Shown piece by piece: positions 18,787 to 29,531 of a stretch of DNA of 64,000 nt (position 1 is the stretch's first letter; every line of letters begins with the position of its first letter). Position numbers and translations under genes: made by a program. Below the pieces are notes generated by a model, which did no database searches, was not told where the DNA came from, and saw only the letters and a program-made list of their open reading frames with translations. This DNA comes from a candidate division FCPU426 bacterium (GTDB lineage Bacteria > Oederibacteriota > Muellerivitia > Muellerivitales > Muellerivitaceae): contig CAWCKJ010000001.1 of the NCBI GenBank assembly GCA_963796105.1, forward strand, positions 1-64,000. The letters are read 5' to 3'.

Positions 18787-21198
18787 ATGGATATTAATAA
18801 AGACAGAAAAATACTATTTCTCGAAGCCTGTAATTATGTCAATGCTCCGCTTGGTGGACAACTTACAATGGCCCGTATGCTCATGCGGGCCTTTGGCCCG
18901 AGGTTATCACTTGTCGGTTGGACCAATGACCCAGACGCACCTATTGGCCGCTGGCACAAACGGATTTTCGACGGCGTTGAATACGATTTTTTCGCGACAG
19001 ATTATGTACCCACGCCTATTCCCAAGCCACCTCTTGTTCCCGCTCGAGCAAAGAATTGGTTTCGCTTTGCAAAATACGGCAATGAGATTCTTTCATGCGA
19101 TGTCCGAAACATTTTAACGCGGGAAGCATCCATCGTTATGGCGCTCCCATTCAAACCGAAACATAACGTATGTTTCTGGTTTCCGGGTGTTTACTCACCT
19201 TTGTCCGCCTCCCGTTATAGATGGGCAAAACCATTTGCGCCTCTTTTTGACGCGGTTCTGAATCAAAAGTTGCGAAAATATGTAGGAACAATCTTGGCCG
19301 CCGCTGATGCCGAGGCAATCGCGGATTTACGTCATCGCGCGGGTGGTGTTTTGGACGATTCTGATATCCTCTTTTTCCCGACCCGTGTTGATACCACGCT
19401 GTTTAAACCTGGTGATAAGAATGACGCCCGTAAAAGATTATCTCTTCCATCGGGTTCGATGCTTGTATTGACATCCGGTCGTCTTCAAAACATTAAAGGT
19501 TGGCCCTTGTTATTAAATGCATTCAAACTATTTAGGGCCAACCGAGACAAAGCCAAGTTGGTTTTTGTAGGTGATGGTGTTGATCGGCCATCTATCGAGA
19601 GGGCTATTACCAATCAAGGACTAGGCACATGTGTCACTCTCGCCGGTCACCAACCTCCTACACAATTGGCGCTGTATTTACAGGCAGCCGATTTGTTTGT
19701 CATGGGTTCCAAAAAAGAAGGCTGGAGTACATCTTTGGTAGAAGCTCTGGCAACTGGACTGCCTATTGTCACTACCCAGTTCAGTGGTGCGACGACTATT
19801 GTTAAAGACGGTATAAATGGATTTGTGGTTTCTCGTGATGCTAACATTTTCGCTAAAGCCATGGAAAATGCCGTTAAGTTGGAAGGGATATCTAACTATT
19901 CTGTTCGTGAATCGGAAAAATATTCTTTAAGTAATCTTGCGTCTGAATTGGAAAAGATTTGGCTTGTTAAAAAAGATGCATATTACAAGAATGAATTTGA
20001 TTCTAGTGAAAATAAAATTTCAATTAAACCCCGAATATTACTTCTTGAAGCATGCAATTTCGTTAATGCGCCGCTGGGTGGTCAACTCACGGCGGTTCGA
20101 ATGCTAATGAGGGCTTTCGGCAAACGACTAGCACTGGTTGGGTGGACAGATGACCCCGCCGCACCTATTGGGAAATGGCATAAGCGTGTTATTGATAGTA
20201 TAGAGTATGAATTTTTTGCAATTAAATTTGTACCAATGGCAAACCCAACTCGTCCTCTAATCCCTGCCCGTCTCTCCAGCTTTTTGCGGTTTAGAAGGTA
20301 TCGCAAATCAATTCTCTCTTGTGGCATACGTAATATTCTGACTCAAGAAGCAACAATCATGATGGCGCTGTCGTTCACTGCTAATCATAATGTTTGTTTT
20401 TGGTTTCCAGGACTTGCCTCCCCGTTGTCCGTCTCACGTTACAAATGGGCGATAATATTTTCTCCTATATTCGATATGATCACAAACCGACGGTTGCGAC
20501 TTTATGCAAAAACGATATTGGCTGCAGCGGATGACAATTCTATTGCCGATTATCGTCGGAAAGCACAGGGCGTTTTAAACCATTTGGATATTTTTTCATT
20601 TCCTAGCAGGGTAGATACAATGCTTTTTCACCCGGGCGACCAGCTCGCTAGTCGTAAAATATTGTCACTTCCGATTGATGATTTGGTCTTGGTGACTTCC
20701 GGCCGTTTACATAGCGATAAGGGTTGGTTGTTGCTTTTAGAGGCGTTCCAAGTTTTTCTTGCCAGTCATCCCAAGGCCTGGTTGATTTTTGTTGGTGATG
20801 GTAATGAGCGTTTGGCCTTCAAAAAAAACGTGCTTAAAAAGGGGTTACGGGAACATGTGGTTCTCACTGGTTATCAACCACAAAACACTTTGGCTATCTA
20901 TTTGCAAGCTGCAGACTTATTTGTAATGGGCTCTAAGAAGGAGGGTTGGAGCACATCATTGGTGGAGGCATTGGCTTGTGGCCTACCGATTGTGACTACT
21001 CGCTTTAGTAGTGCAGATAAAATTGTAAAAGATGGTGTGAATGGATTTATTGTGCCGCGTGAGCCTATCGTATTTGCAAAGGCTATGGAGGATGCATTGG
21101 GATTATCGGGTGTGGCCAGTTATTCAGCGCGCGAAGTGAAAAATTATTTATTAACTAATCTGGAGTCGGATATGGAGGAAGTATGGCCTATTTTATAA
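18787..21198 (+). CDS. glycosyltransferase made of two tandem GT4 modules
   Basis: LEACN.VNAPLGGQLT..RMLMRAFG and KKEGWSTSLVEALA each occur twice, ~410 aa apart. Confidence 0.9.
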   Translation: MDINKDRKILFLEACNYVNAPLGGQLTMARMLMRAFGPRLSLVGWTNDPDAPIGRWHKRIFDGVEYDFFATDYVPTPIPKPPLVPARAKNWFRFAKYGNEILSCDVRNILTREASIVMALPFKPKHNVCFWFPGVYSPLSASRYRWAKPFAPLFDAVLNQKLRKYVGTILAAADAEAIADLRHRAGGVLDDSDILFFPTRVDTTLFKPGDKNDARKRLSLPSGSMLVLTSGRLQNIKGWPLLLNAFKLFRANRDKAKLVFVGDGVDRPSIERAITNQGLGTCVTLAGHQPPTQLALYLQAADLFVMGSKKEGWSTSLVEALATGLPIVTTQFSGATTIVKDGINGFVVSRDANIFAKAMENAVKLEGISNYSVRESEKYSLSNLASELEKIWLVKKDAYYKNEFDSSENKISIKPRILLLEACNFVNAPLGGQLTAVRMLMRAFGKRLALVGWTDDPAAPIGKWHKRVIDSIEYEFFAIKFVPMANPTRPLIPARLSSFLRFRRYRKSILSCGIRNILTQEATIMMALSFTANHNVCFWFPGLASPLSVSRYKWAIIFSPIFDMITNRRLRLYAKTILAAADDNSIADYRRKAQGVLNHLDIFSFPSRVDTMLFHPGDQLASRKILSLPIDDLVLVTSGRLHSDKGWLLLLEAFQVFLASHPKAWLIFVGDGNERLAFKKNVLKKGLREHVVLTGYQPQNTLAIYLQAADLFVMGSKKEGWSTSLVEALACGLPIVTTRFSSADKIVKDGVNGFIVPREPIVFAKAMEDALGLSGVASYSAREVKNYLLTNLESDMEEVWPIL

Positions 21199-21219
21199 CG
21201 GTTATTTAGGTAACTTCTC

Positions 21220-22479
21220 ATGAATACCGTACCTAAAATTCTTATCTCCGCTTATGCATGTTCCCCGAAACATGGTAGCGAGCAGGGCATGGGATGGAAC
21301 TGGGTCAACCAGATATCAGAACAATTCGAGACATGGGTCTTGACTGACGAATATTACGCTGTTCATTGCCGGGAATATATAACTACACATGATATTGTGA
21401 AGCCGAAGCTCCATATCGTTGGTATTAAGCGCCCGGGTGGTCGCCACCGCATCTATGGCTATTTCTGGTTGCATTATCTCACCCAAAATTTATGGCAGCG
21501 CAAAGCTTTTATTTTCGCAAAAGAACTCCATGAGCGAGAACATTTCGATCTTATCCATCAGCTAAATATGATTGGTTATCGCGAACCTGGTTACCTTTGG
21601 AAGTTGGATAAAGGCAAACCTTATATTTGGGGGCCGATAGGTGGGCATACTCAGATGCCGGTAGCTTTTTTGCCGTTTCTTGATTTCAAGGACAGGTTGG
21701 TATATCAACTCCGGAATTTGTTGAACGATTGGCAGATGACGCATTCGCGGCGCGTTCGCTATGCAATGCGCCGGGCAGATGTGCTATTTGCCGCCACACG
21801 GACAGATGCGGAGGCTATCCACCGGATTCACGGACGCGAGGCCATCCTTTTGAATGAGACAGGAACAACTATACGAGTTGAGAAGATACCAAATGATAAA
21901 TATATTAATAATGTACGGCCTTTGGAATTGGTTTGGTCAGGTGTATTCCTTGGACGCAAGGCATTACCGCTTGGCCTTCATGCATTGGCGCGTGTGCGGA
22001 AGTTGAAGCCGGATTTGAAGGTGAGATTAACGATACTAGGGGAAGGCTCATGTAGTTCGGCATGGAAGAATTTGGCTTTAAAACTCAAAGTAAACGATAT
22101 ATGCGCATGGGTTGGATGGTTGCCTCATGAGCAGGCGCAAGCACAAATGTCGAGGTCGGATGCCATGCTATTTACTAGCCTACAGGAAGCAACGAGCACA
22201 GTCGTTCCAGAGGCGCTTATGCAAGGTATCCCGGTTATATGTCATGACGCCTGTGGGTTCGGAGATATGGTAACGGACAAATGTGGTATTAAAGTCCCAA
22301 TGACAGATCCAGAAACCAGTATAAAAGGTTTTGCAGGCGCTATTCTGGCATTGGCGCAGGATCGGCGCCGGCTGGCAGATTTGGCAGGTGGTGCACTATC
22401 TCGAGCCCGAGAATTAACATGGGAGAACAAAGCGAAATACCTACTAATGGAGTATAACCGGTTACTTAAAGGTGGTTGA
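21220..22479 (+). CDS. GT4 family glycosyltransferase
   Basis: KILISAYACSP..GSE.GMGW, WGPIGG, EATSTVVPEA (EX7E). Confidence 0.9.
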   Translation: MNTVPKILISAYACSPKHGSEQGMGWNWVNQISEQFETWVLTDEYYAVHCREYITTHDIVKPKLHIVGIKRPGGRHRIYGYFWLHYLTQNLWQRKAFIFAKELHEREHFDLIHQLNMIGYREPGYLWKLDKGKPYIWGPIGGHTQMPVAFLPFLDFKDRLVYQLRNLLNDWQMTHSRRVRYAMRRADVLFAATRTDAEAIHRIHGREAILLNETGTTIRVEKIPNDKYINNVRPLELVWSGVFLGRKALPLGLHALARVRKLKPDLKVRLTILGEGSCSSAWKNLALKLKVNDICAWVGWLPHEQAQAQMSRSDAMLFTSLQEATSTVVPEALMQGIPVICHDACGFGDMVTDKCGIKVPMTDPETSIKGFAGAILALAQDRRRLADLAGGALSRARELTWENKAKYLLMEYNRLLKGG

Positions 22480-22723
22480 GAAGTGGATGCTTACAAAATG
22501 CCTTGATCACACTTTTTTCACCCAATAGTGAGAGACTATTTTTCTTGTATTGCTACCATTTTTTGACTAAAAAGCGTCATAAAAAATCCTGAATTCATAA
22601 TAACTTTTAATTTCAGACACCAAGGGCGGTAGTGAAATGAAACGATTGTTTGCAATAATGGCAATTCTGGGTTTTGATCCTCGAAAAACTTTAGCTTTTT
22701 TTAAAGGACTTCCATTTTATATA

Positions 22724-23781
22724 CCCGAGTTCCATAAGTAAGTGCAACACTTAGTGTCTGAAGAAGGCCGCATGAATAGGATATGCGGCTATGAAAAAGA
22801 AATACAAGCATTTAAGCGTTGAAGAAAGAGATCATTTATCCGTCTTGAAAGGAAAGGGTCTTAGCCTTCGAGCAATTTCACGCGCCTTGAAGAGGTCTCC
22901 TTCCACCCTCTCCAGGGAACTCAAGCGCAATGCTCCCCCTATCCGTTCTGGTTATTATCTTTCCCATCGAGCCCATCAACGATATGTTGACCGCAACCAA
23001 CAACGGGCACGCCGTTTACGCCTGAAAACAAAACGAATTCGTGCCTACGTCCGTCGTCAATTGAAACGAGGTTGGTCTCCAGAACTCATTTCAGGTCGTT
23101 TAGGCCACCTACGGCCTAAGCAAACCATTGGCCCCGAAGCCATCTACCAGTGGATTTACGCTGAGGCCACTGATCTGATTCCTTGCCTCGTTCGACACCA
23201 CCGGCGACGATCTCTCATTTCGGCCACAGCCGTAAGCACGCCAAAAACCATATCCCAGGCCGTGTTTCCATCGACAAAAGGCCCAAGATCGTCAATCAAC
23301 GCAAGCAGTTCGGCCATTGGGAAACCGACACCATGGTCTCTCGTCAAAGCAAAGTCGCTATGCGGGCTCTCGTCGAGCGTCAAAGCCGTTTTTCCAAGTT
23401 GGGAAAGCTCAAACGAAAGACAGCTCGCCCAAATGAGTCATAGCCTCAATCGCACTTTATGCCGCTTCCCTCAAGACGCCCGCCTGAGTCTGACCTATGA
23501 CAACGGAACCGAAAACACCAACCACTTGGAAACCAACCACGTGCTTGGTACAAAATCCTTTTTCTGTGCCCCTTTCCACAGTTGGGAAAAAGGTACGGTG
23601 GAAAATACTATCGGTCTTGTCCGCCGCCATTTGCCTAAAAAGACTGATCTTGCTAAAGTGTCCCTCAAAGAATTCAGAACCATAGAAAGATGGCTCAATA
23701 ACAGGCCCAGGAAATGTTTGGGCTTTAAAACTCCGGCGGAAGTCTTCCGGCGAAGTGTTGCACTTACTCCGTGAATTCAGC
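22724..23781 (+). mobile_element. IS30-family insertion sequence, copy 2 (diverged relative of copy 1)
   Basis: Same IR core AGTAAGTGCAACAC; flanked by ATA at 22721-22723 and 23782-23784. Confidence 0.9.
22791..23774 (+). pseudogene. IS30 transposase with compensating frameshifts
   Basis: Open end to end, but the GHWETD catalytic segment is in another frame (ORF 23183..23443). Confidence 0.8.
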
Positions 23782-24512
23782 ATACATGATTTTTTAACAT
23801 TTCGTCGACAACAAGAACGACACGGCGGATCGGGTGATTTCCCATTCGGAAAACCATATCCGTGTCTTGGCGAACGATTTTCAGAAAGTGGTTCTGCAAA
23901 AGGGCACTATTTTCATCAAGATTTATTAGTGGCCAGAAGAATATTCTTGAATAATCCGCAGATTCATTTTGACGTAGGTTCAAGGATTGACGGGTTTGTC
24001 GCCCATGTTGCATCGTTCAGAAAGATTTTCGTGTTTGACATCCGTCCTTTAACTAGCAATATTACAAATGTTGATTTCCTCCAAGGGGATCTTATGGCCA
24101 AGGTTCCAGAAAGATTTAAAAATTATTGTGATTCGCTCTCATGTTTGCATGCGGTTGAACATTTTGGTCTTGGGAGATACGGGGATCCTATACGTTCAAA
24201 TGGTTATCTTGTTGGGTTGGATAACTTATATCAATTATTAAAAAGTAATGGAAAATTTTATTTTTCTGTGCCAATTGGCCCCCAGCGGATTGAGTTTAAC
24301 GCCCACAGAGTGTTTTCACTAAAGTACCTTTTGGAAATAATTAAAGGCAAGTTCAGAATAGAACTATTTTCATATGTGGATGATAATGGCGATCTTCATG
24401 AAAATGTTGCTCTGGCAGATGATTTCATTGACAATAATTGCGGTTGTATATATGGATGCGGTATTTTTGAAATGACAAAGGTCTAATAAGTAAACTACTC
24501 GGGGAATTAGAT

Positions 24513-25700
24513 ATGAAGATTCTTTTTTATCAACGTGATTATCCTGCCCCCGAGGATTATGGCAGGGATTATGCGGAGATTGCAGCCGGTCTGGCAGCGA
24601 GAGGGCATAGTGTCACAGTATTGACCCCGCATAGAACTATACCGGAAATGGAATGGCGCGGGACTCGAATTCTTGATTTACCAAAATCAGGTTATAACGT
24701 CTTTTGGTATTCTTTAAATATTCTTAATAAAATTGCAGATGAAATGCCGCTTTCTGAAGCGTTTAATGTTTTCTTCGCCCATGAGTGGTGGAACCTTGGT
24801 TCACATGCTCTTGCCCGAACGGCCATACGGCAGGGGGTTCCCGTATTATTTGCACCCTGGGCCAGCTTGAATCTATATGCTATTGGACGCGACCATCGGG
24901 GCCAGTTTAAACGGTTAGCCTGTCGTATAGTGTCGCTTTGGTATGGTCGTAAAACACCAACATTAAGCTTGTACGACGAAGTGGATGCCGGTTACGCATC
25001 CCGAGTTGGCATCCATTGGCCATGGACTCTTGGTTCTCTGCCAATCTACCGTTACCCACCACACGATCCGTCTTTTAATTGGTCAAAGGCTTTAACCCGA
25101 AATACTGATGGTAAACGGATATTATTCTTTAACGCAAGACTTGATATTTGGCAGAAAGGCTATGACATCCTTTTAGAAGGATTCCGCCAAGCGGCAGCGC
25201 AAGCTGGAAATACATTCAAAACCTTATTAGTGCTTTCTGGACGTACACCCGATGGTCCCCTTGCGTCGGATGGACCGAAGGCCGAAGAAATGTCACGTCC
25301 CCTTTGCGACACCGGGCTTGCGGTATGGAAAGGGTTTGTTTCCGTCGAGGAACGCCGTAATATGCTTGCTCATGCTGATATGTTCGTTTATCCCAGTCGC
25401 GTTGATGGACCACCCCGGCCATTGCGCGAATCCCTATGGCGTCATACCCCAATCATGGTCACCCATGAGACTGGTTTGGCATCTTATGTCGCCCGTTACG
25501 GAGCCGGAATACCGATTGGGTCACCGGACATAGATCATATTAGAGAAGCGATCCTACGATTTGACCGAGCATCATCGGAGGAAATTTTGGCAATGCGCAA
25601 GGGGGCTGCTAAATTGGCTGAACACCTTAGTGCCGAGCGTATAGCCGAGGATTACGAGGTTGCATTGCAAACTGCAATACAGAATTACAAAAAATATTAA
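24513..25700 (+). CDS. GT4-like glycosyltransferase
   Basis: GLAARGHSVTV, RLDIWQKG, PSRVDGPPRPLRES motifs. Confidence 0.82.
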   Translation: MKILFYQRDYPAPEDYGRDYAEIAAGLAARGHSVTVLTPHRTIPEMEWRGTRILDLPKSGYNVFWYSLNILNKIADEMPLSEAFNVFFAHEWWNLGSHALARTAIRQGVPVLFAPWASLNLYAIGRDHRGQFKRLACRIVSLWYGRKTPTLSLYDEVDAGYASRVGIHWPWTLGSLPIYRYPPHDPSFNWSKALTRNTDGKRILFFNARLDIWQKGYDILLEGFRQAAAQAGNTFKTLLVLSGRTPDGPLASDGPKAEEMSRPLCDTGLAVWKGFVSVEERRNMLAHADMFVYPSRVDGPPRPLRESLWRHTPIMVTHETGLASYVARYGAGIPIGSPDIDHIREAILRFDRASSEEILAMRKGAAKLAEHLSAERIAEDYEVALQTAIQNYKKY

Positions 25701-25716
25701 AAACCGAAAACAAAAC

Positions 25717-26946
25717 ATGAATAGTTCCACCCATATCCATTGCGTCTGTGGCGGATTCGGATTTCCGGTTGGTACAGCCAGCACCAAGCGCATTATGCTC
25801 ATGGGCCGGGCCTTACGAGCCGCCGGAATGTCCTTTCACGTTTGGCATCTCGGCCCGAGTGCTTTTCCTGAAAACATACTCAAGCAGGGTGAAATAGATG
25901 GTATTTCATGGGAATATTTAAGCCCCTCCATTCGGCGTCCGACGTATCGTTGGTTGAGGATACTTTATTATCTTTATGGATGCTTATTATTACCTCTTCG
26001 CTTGGCGAAACATCGGCAGGACATGTGCGTTTACCTATATTACCAAGGTGATTTGGTTGACTTTTGGGTTCTTTTAATTTGCCGCTTGTTACACATCCCA
26101 GTTGCCCAGGAATGTTGTGAATGGTGGCCGGGTACGCCTAATGAGTCCCGTCTTAACCGTTGGATGTATCATCGTATAATGTTTCGCTGGAGCACAGGTG
26201 CATTGCCGATTTCCACTCTAATTGAAACCCGCATCCGGCAAGTGATGAAGAAGGACTATCCATTAATGAGGGTTCCCGTTTTGGTAGATGCTGATGAAAT
26301 CCAGCGAGAATACGACCATCCACCGGAAACGCCCGGCACGGACAAACCATATTTATTCTGGTGCGGAATGGTGGACGGGTATAAGAATGATGCTCTTTTC
26401 ATGATACATGTCCTCGGGGAACTAAGGAGACGATATGCACTCCGGCCGCGTCTGCTATTAGCTGGCCCCATCAGCGACCCGGTCCGTAAAGAACTATTAA
26501 CTGTGGCAGTTGATGCAGGGCTCACACTAGGTGAGGTTATTATCACAGGATTCATATCGGAAACAGAATTGTTCCGGCTTGCCACTCATTCAAGGATAGC
26601 CTTGTTGCCACTCTGGGATGATGACCGATCCAAATCTCGTTTCCCGACTAAACTCGGGCTTTATTCTGCTTCTGGCCAGCCGATTGTGACAAGTGCCATG
26701 GGCGAAATGCCCTTTTTTCTTAAAGATGGGGTTACAGCGCTATTCGCCCCGCCGGGCGATGAAGTTGCTTGGGCAACAGCTATAGAGCGTTTATTAAAAG
26801 ATCAGGTATTGCGCTCTCGTTTAATTGATCGGATACGGTTGGAATTATTACCACATTTTGAATACCGCAGTATTGGCCCATCATTAAAGTCGTGGTATGT
26901 GGAACTTAGTCGGCAATTTGGACGCCAAGCCGATGGAGATGCATAA
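25717..26946 (+). CDS. GT4-like glycosyltransferase
   Basis: FPVGTA, RFPTKLGLY.ASGQPIV, GE...L.DG motifs; ATG 25717 preferred to ORF-track start. Confidence 0.82.
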   Translation: MNSSTHIHCVCGGFGFPVGTASTKRIMLMGRALRAAGMSFHVWHLGPSAFPENILKQGEIDGISWEYLSPSIRRPTYRWLRILYYLYGCLLLPLRLAKHRQDMCVYLYYQGDLVDFWVLLICRLLHIPVAQECCEWWPGTPNESRLNRWMYHRIMFRWSTGALPISTLIETRIRQVMKKDYPLMRVPVLVDADEIQREYDHPPETPGTDKPYLFWCGMVDGYKNDALFMIHVLGELRRRYALRPRLLLAGPISDPVRKELLTVAVDAGLTLGEVIITGFISETELFRLATHSRIALLPLWDDDRSKSRFPTKLGLYSASGQPIVTSAMGEMPFFLKDGVTALFAPPGDEVAWATAIERLLKDQVLRSRLIDRIRLELLPHFEYRSIGPSLKSWYVELSRQFGRQADGDA

Positions 26947-27726
26947 ATGAAAGCCTTCACCGAAGACATTCTTGGGTATGCGGTGGCAACGGGGGATATT
27001 TCCACGTGCGCGGAGAATATGGCTAATTGGATCGCCAAAGGCGATCATTGCCGATGGCTTGCTTGTTTAAACCCTCACTGTTATGTGGTTTCCTTAACAG
27101 ACAAACTATATTCAAATGTCCTTAAGGAAGCTGACTGGCTGATCCCCGACGGCATTGGTATCGTAATGGGCTCTAAATTCTTGGGTGGGAAAATCAATGA
27201 AAGAGTAACGGGTTTCGACGTTTTTTCTAACCTTCTTGAAAGATTGAATCGAAAACGCGGTACTAAAGTCTTTTTTCTTGGCGCATCAGAAGAAACCCTT
27301 GCGATTATTAAAGGAAAAATGAGAAAGGATTATCAGAATATCCGAGTGGTCGGCACATTTTCTCCACCATTTAAACCGGAATTTACACAGCAAGAATTGG
27401 ACGACATGATAAAGGCCATCAATTCCGCCAAACCAGATGTTCTTTGGGTTGGAATGACAGCCCCTAAACAGGAAAAATGGATTTACCAAAACAAGCATCG
27501 TTTGAACGTGAAATTCGCGGGTGCCATAGGCGCGGTTTTTGACTTTTACGCTGGAAACATCAAACGTTCCCATCCTATTTTCCAAAAACTCGGTTTGGAA
27601 TGGCTGCCCCGTTTGATCCGCGAACCTCGGAGATTGTGGCGTCGTATGTTTATTTCCGCCCCAATCTTTCTTTGGCATCTTTTATTAGCGAAACTTTCGG
27701 ATACCAAAAGAAATGCATACCTCTGA
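26947..27726 (+). CDS. WecB/TagA/CpsF family glycosyltransferase
   Basis: NPH, PDGIG, RVTGFD, VGMTAPKQEKW, GAVFDF, GLEWLPRL..EPRRLWRR. Confidence 0.93.
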   Translation: MKAFTEDILGYAVATGDISTCAENMANWIAKGDHCRWLACLNPHCYVVSLTDKLYSNVLKEADWLIPDGIGIVMGSKFLGGKINERVTGFDVFSNLLERLNRKRGTKVFFLGASEETLAIIKGKMRKDYQNIRVVGTFSPPFKPEFTQQELDDMIKAINSAKPDVLWVGMTAPKQEKWIYQNKHRLNVKFAGAIGAVFDFYAGNIKRSHPIFQKLGLEWLPRLIREPRRLWRRMFISAPIFLWHLLLAKLSDTKRNAYL

Positions 27727-27753
27727 TATCCGAAAAATAAATTCCGGAAATGG

Positions 27754-28362
27754 ATGCTGTGTAATATGAATTTAAAACAGATTAACGGCTGGAAAACTTA
27801 TTCTTTTATTATTTTTTTTATAATTCTTCTTATTCAATTTATCTATTACGTTCATGTAATACAGGAACCTTCAATTCTTCCTTCGGAAACTGATATGGTC
27901 TTGGTTTACAGCGTGGATCCAATCCGAATCCCGGCTGGAATAAACCTTGCCCGCCAATACCATGCGTCCTATTTCATGGTTTCGGACAAAGGGTTGCATG
28001 ATCTACAAAATGAAATAAAAAAGTACGGAAAACCCGGAACGGCCCAAATTTTCCTTGAGGGAGAAGCAACGACAACAGACCAAAACGCCCGGTTCTCCGC
28101 TCCCATGATTCGCAGTTTACCGGTCAAAACGGTCATATTAGTCACTTCCTGGGCCCACATGCCACGCGCTTTGTTTCTGACACGAAATTATCTTTTTGGC
28201 TCTCCCGTAAAAGTTTATCCCTTTCCCGCCGACAGCACGCCACCTGGGTGGTGGAGAGAAAATGTTTTTTGGCAGGAATACGTTAAGTTCTGGGGGAGCC
28301 TGGGACGGGTCATTTTGGCAACCGTTGGCATCCAAAATTGGCCTGGGCATTTTTCGATATAA
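27754..28362 (+). CDS. YdcF/DUF218 (ElyC-like) protein, copy 1
   Basis: N-terminal TM, TT..NA, LVTSWAHMPRA, EYVK motifs. Confidence 0.8.
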   Translation: MLCNMNLKQINGWKTYSFIIFFIILLIQFIYYVHVIQEPSILPSETDMVLVYSVDPIRIPAGINLARQYHASYFMVSDKGLHDLQNEIKKYGKPGTAQIFLEGEATTTDQNARFSAPMIRSLPVKTVILVTSWAHMPRALFLTRNYLFGSPVKVYPFPADSTPPGWWRENVFWQEYVKFWGSLGRVILATVGIQNWPGHFSI

Positions 28363-28580
28363 TCCAGGATCTGGATTCTTTAAAAGAGTTTTCGATTTTC
28401 AAAGGGTCCGGACCGCAAGGCCGAGATTTTCAAGCACTGCTAAAAAAGCCACACGGCACTTTTCAAAAAAACCGTCATTGAAAATCGGAATAAGGAAATA
28501 AGGGGATTGTTTCAGCCCTGAATGGCGGAGGTTGCGGCTATAATGACACCCAAACATGATTAAATTCCGGGAGGAACTTC

Positions 28581-29531
28581 GTGGATAAAAACTCCAAAAT
28601 CTACGTGGCTGGACACAAGGGCTTGGTGGGAAGCGCCCTGGTTCGCGGCCTTCAACGGCAGGGTTACAACAACTTGGTCTATCGCACTCACAAGGAACTG
28701 GAACTAACCCGACAGGCAGACGTGGACGCCTTCTTCCAAAAGGAAAAGCCCGAGGTGGTGTTCCTGGCCGCCGCACGGGTGGGCGGCATTCTGGCCAACG
28801 AGACTTACCAGGCCGAATTTATCTATGATAACCTGATGGTTCAGGCCAATGTGCTGGAATCGGCCTATCGCAACGGTTGTAAAGAGCTTCTTTTCATGGG
28901 CTCCTCATGCATCTACCCCAACAATAAAACCGTGGCCATTAAGGAAACGGATTTCATGGACGGTCCCCTAGAAAAGACCAATGACGCCTACGCCATCGCC
29001 AAGATCGCGGGGATGAAATCCTGCGATGCCTACCGGCGCCAGTACGGGGTCAGGTATATCGCTGTGATGCCCACCAACCTTTACGGCCCCAATGACAATT
29101 ACGACCTCAAGGACGCCCATGTGCTTCCGGCCCTGATGAGGAAATTCCACGAAGCGAAAGTGGGCAATAGCCCCACCGTGACGGTGTGGGGAAGCGGCAC
29201 CCCGAAGCGGGAGTTTCTTTACGTTGACGACCTAGCCGACGCTTGCCTGCATTTATTGGTAAATTATAAGGGTGAAGAATTCTTCAATATCGGATGCGGG
29301 GAAGACCTGACCATCCGCGAGCTGGCCGAGTTGATCGGCAAAATCGTGTGCTTTAAGGGCCAACTGGTTTTCGACCCCACCAAGAAAGACGGTACCATGC
29401 GAAAACTTCTCGATATCAGCCGGATCAAAGAAACGGGTTGGGCGCCCAAGGTTTCGTTGGAAGAGGGCCTCAAACGTACTTATGAAATCATGCAAATGGA
29501 ACTGGCCGAGGATGGAATAGTAAAAAAATGA
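28581..29531 (+). CDS. fcl: GDP-L-fucose synthase
   Basis: AGHKGLVGSA, LAAARVGGI.AN, GSSCIYP, YAIAKIAG, PTNLYGPNDN, WGSGTPKREFLYVDD. Confidence 0.96.
   Translation: MDKNSKIYVAGHKGLVGSALVRGLQRQGYNNLVYRTHKELELTRQADVDAFFQKEKPEVVFLAAARVGGILANETYQAEFIYDNLMVQANVLESAYRNGCKELLFMGSSCIYPNNKTVAIKETDFMDGPLEKTNDAYAIAKIAGMKSCDAYRRQYGVRYIAVMPTNLYGPNDNYDLKDAHVLPALMRKFHEAKVGNSPTVTVWGSGTPKREFLYVDDLADACLHLLVNYKGEEFFNIGCGEDLTIRELAELIGKIVCFKGQLVFDPTKKDGTMRKLLDISRIKETGWAPKVSLEEGLKRTYEIMQMELAEDGIVKK

Larger units (their letters stand above)
22637..24486 (+). pseudogene. DUF268-like (methyltransferase-fold) gene split by IS30 copy 2
   Basis: Removing the IS and one ATA restores MKRLFAIMAILGFDPRKTLAFFKGLPFYI-HDFLTF...HYFHQDLLVA...DVGSRIDGFV...EHFGLGRYGDP in one frame. 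Confidence 0.8.

Noticed and set aside
23755..23781. Start of ORF 23755..24486 as an intact gene
   Set aside because: The first codons come from the IS30 right end; the real 5' end is at 22637.
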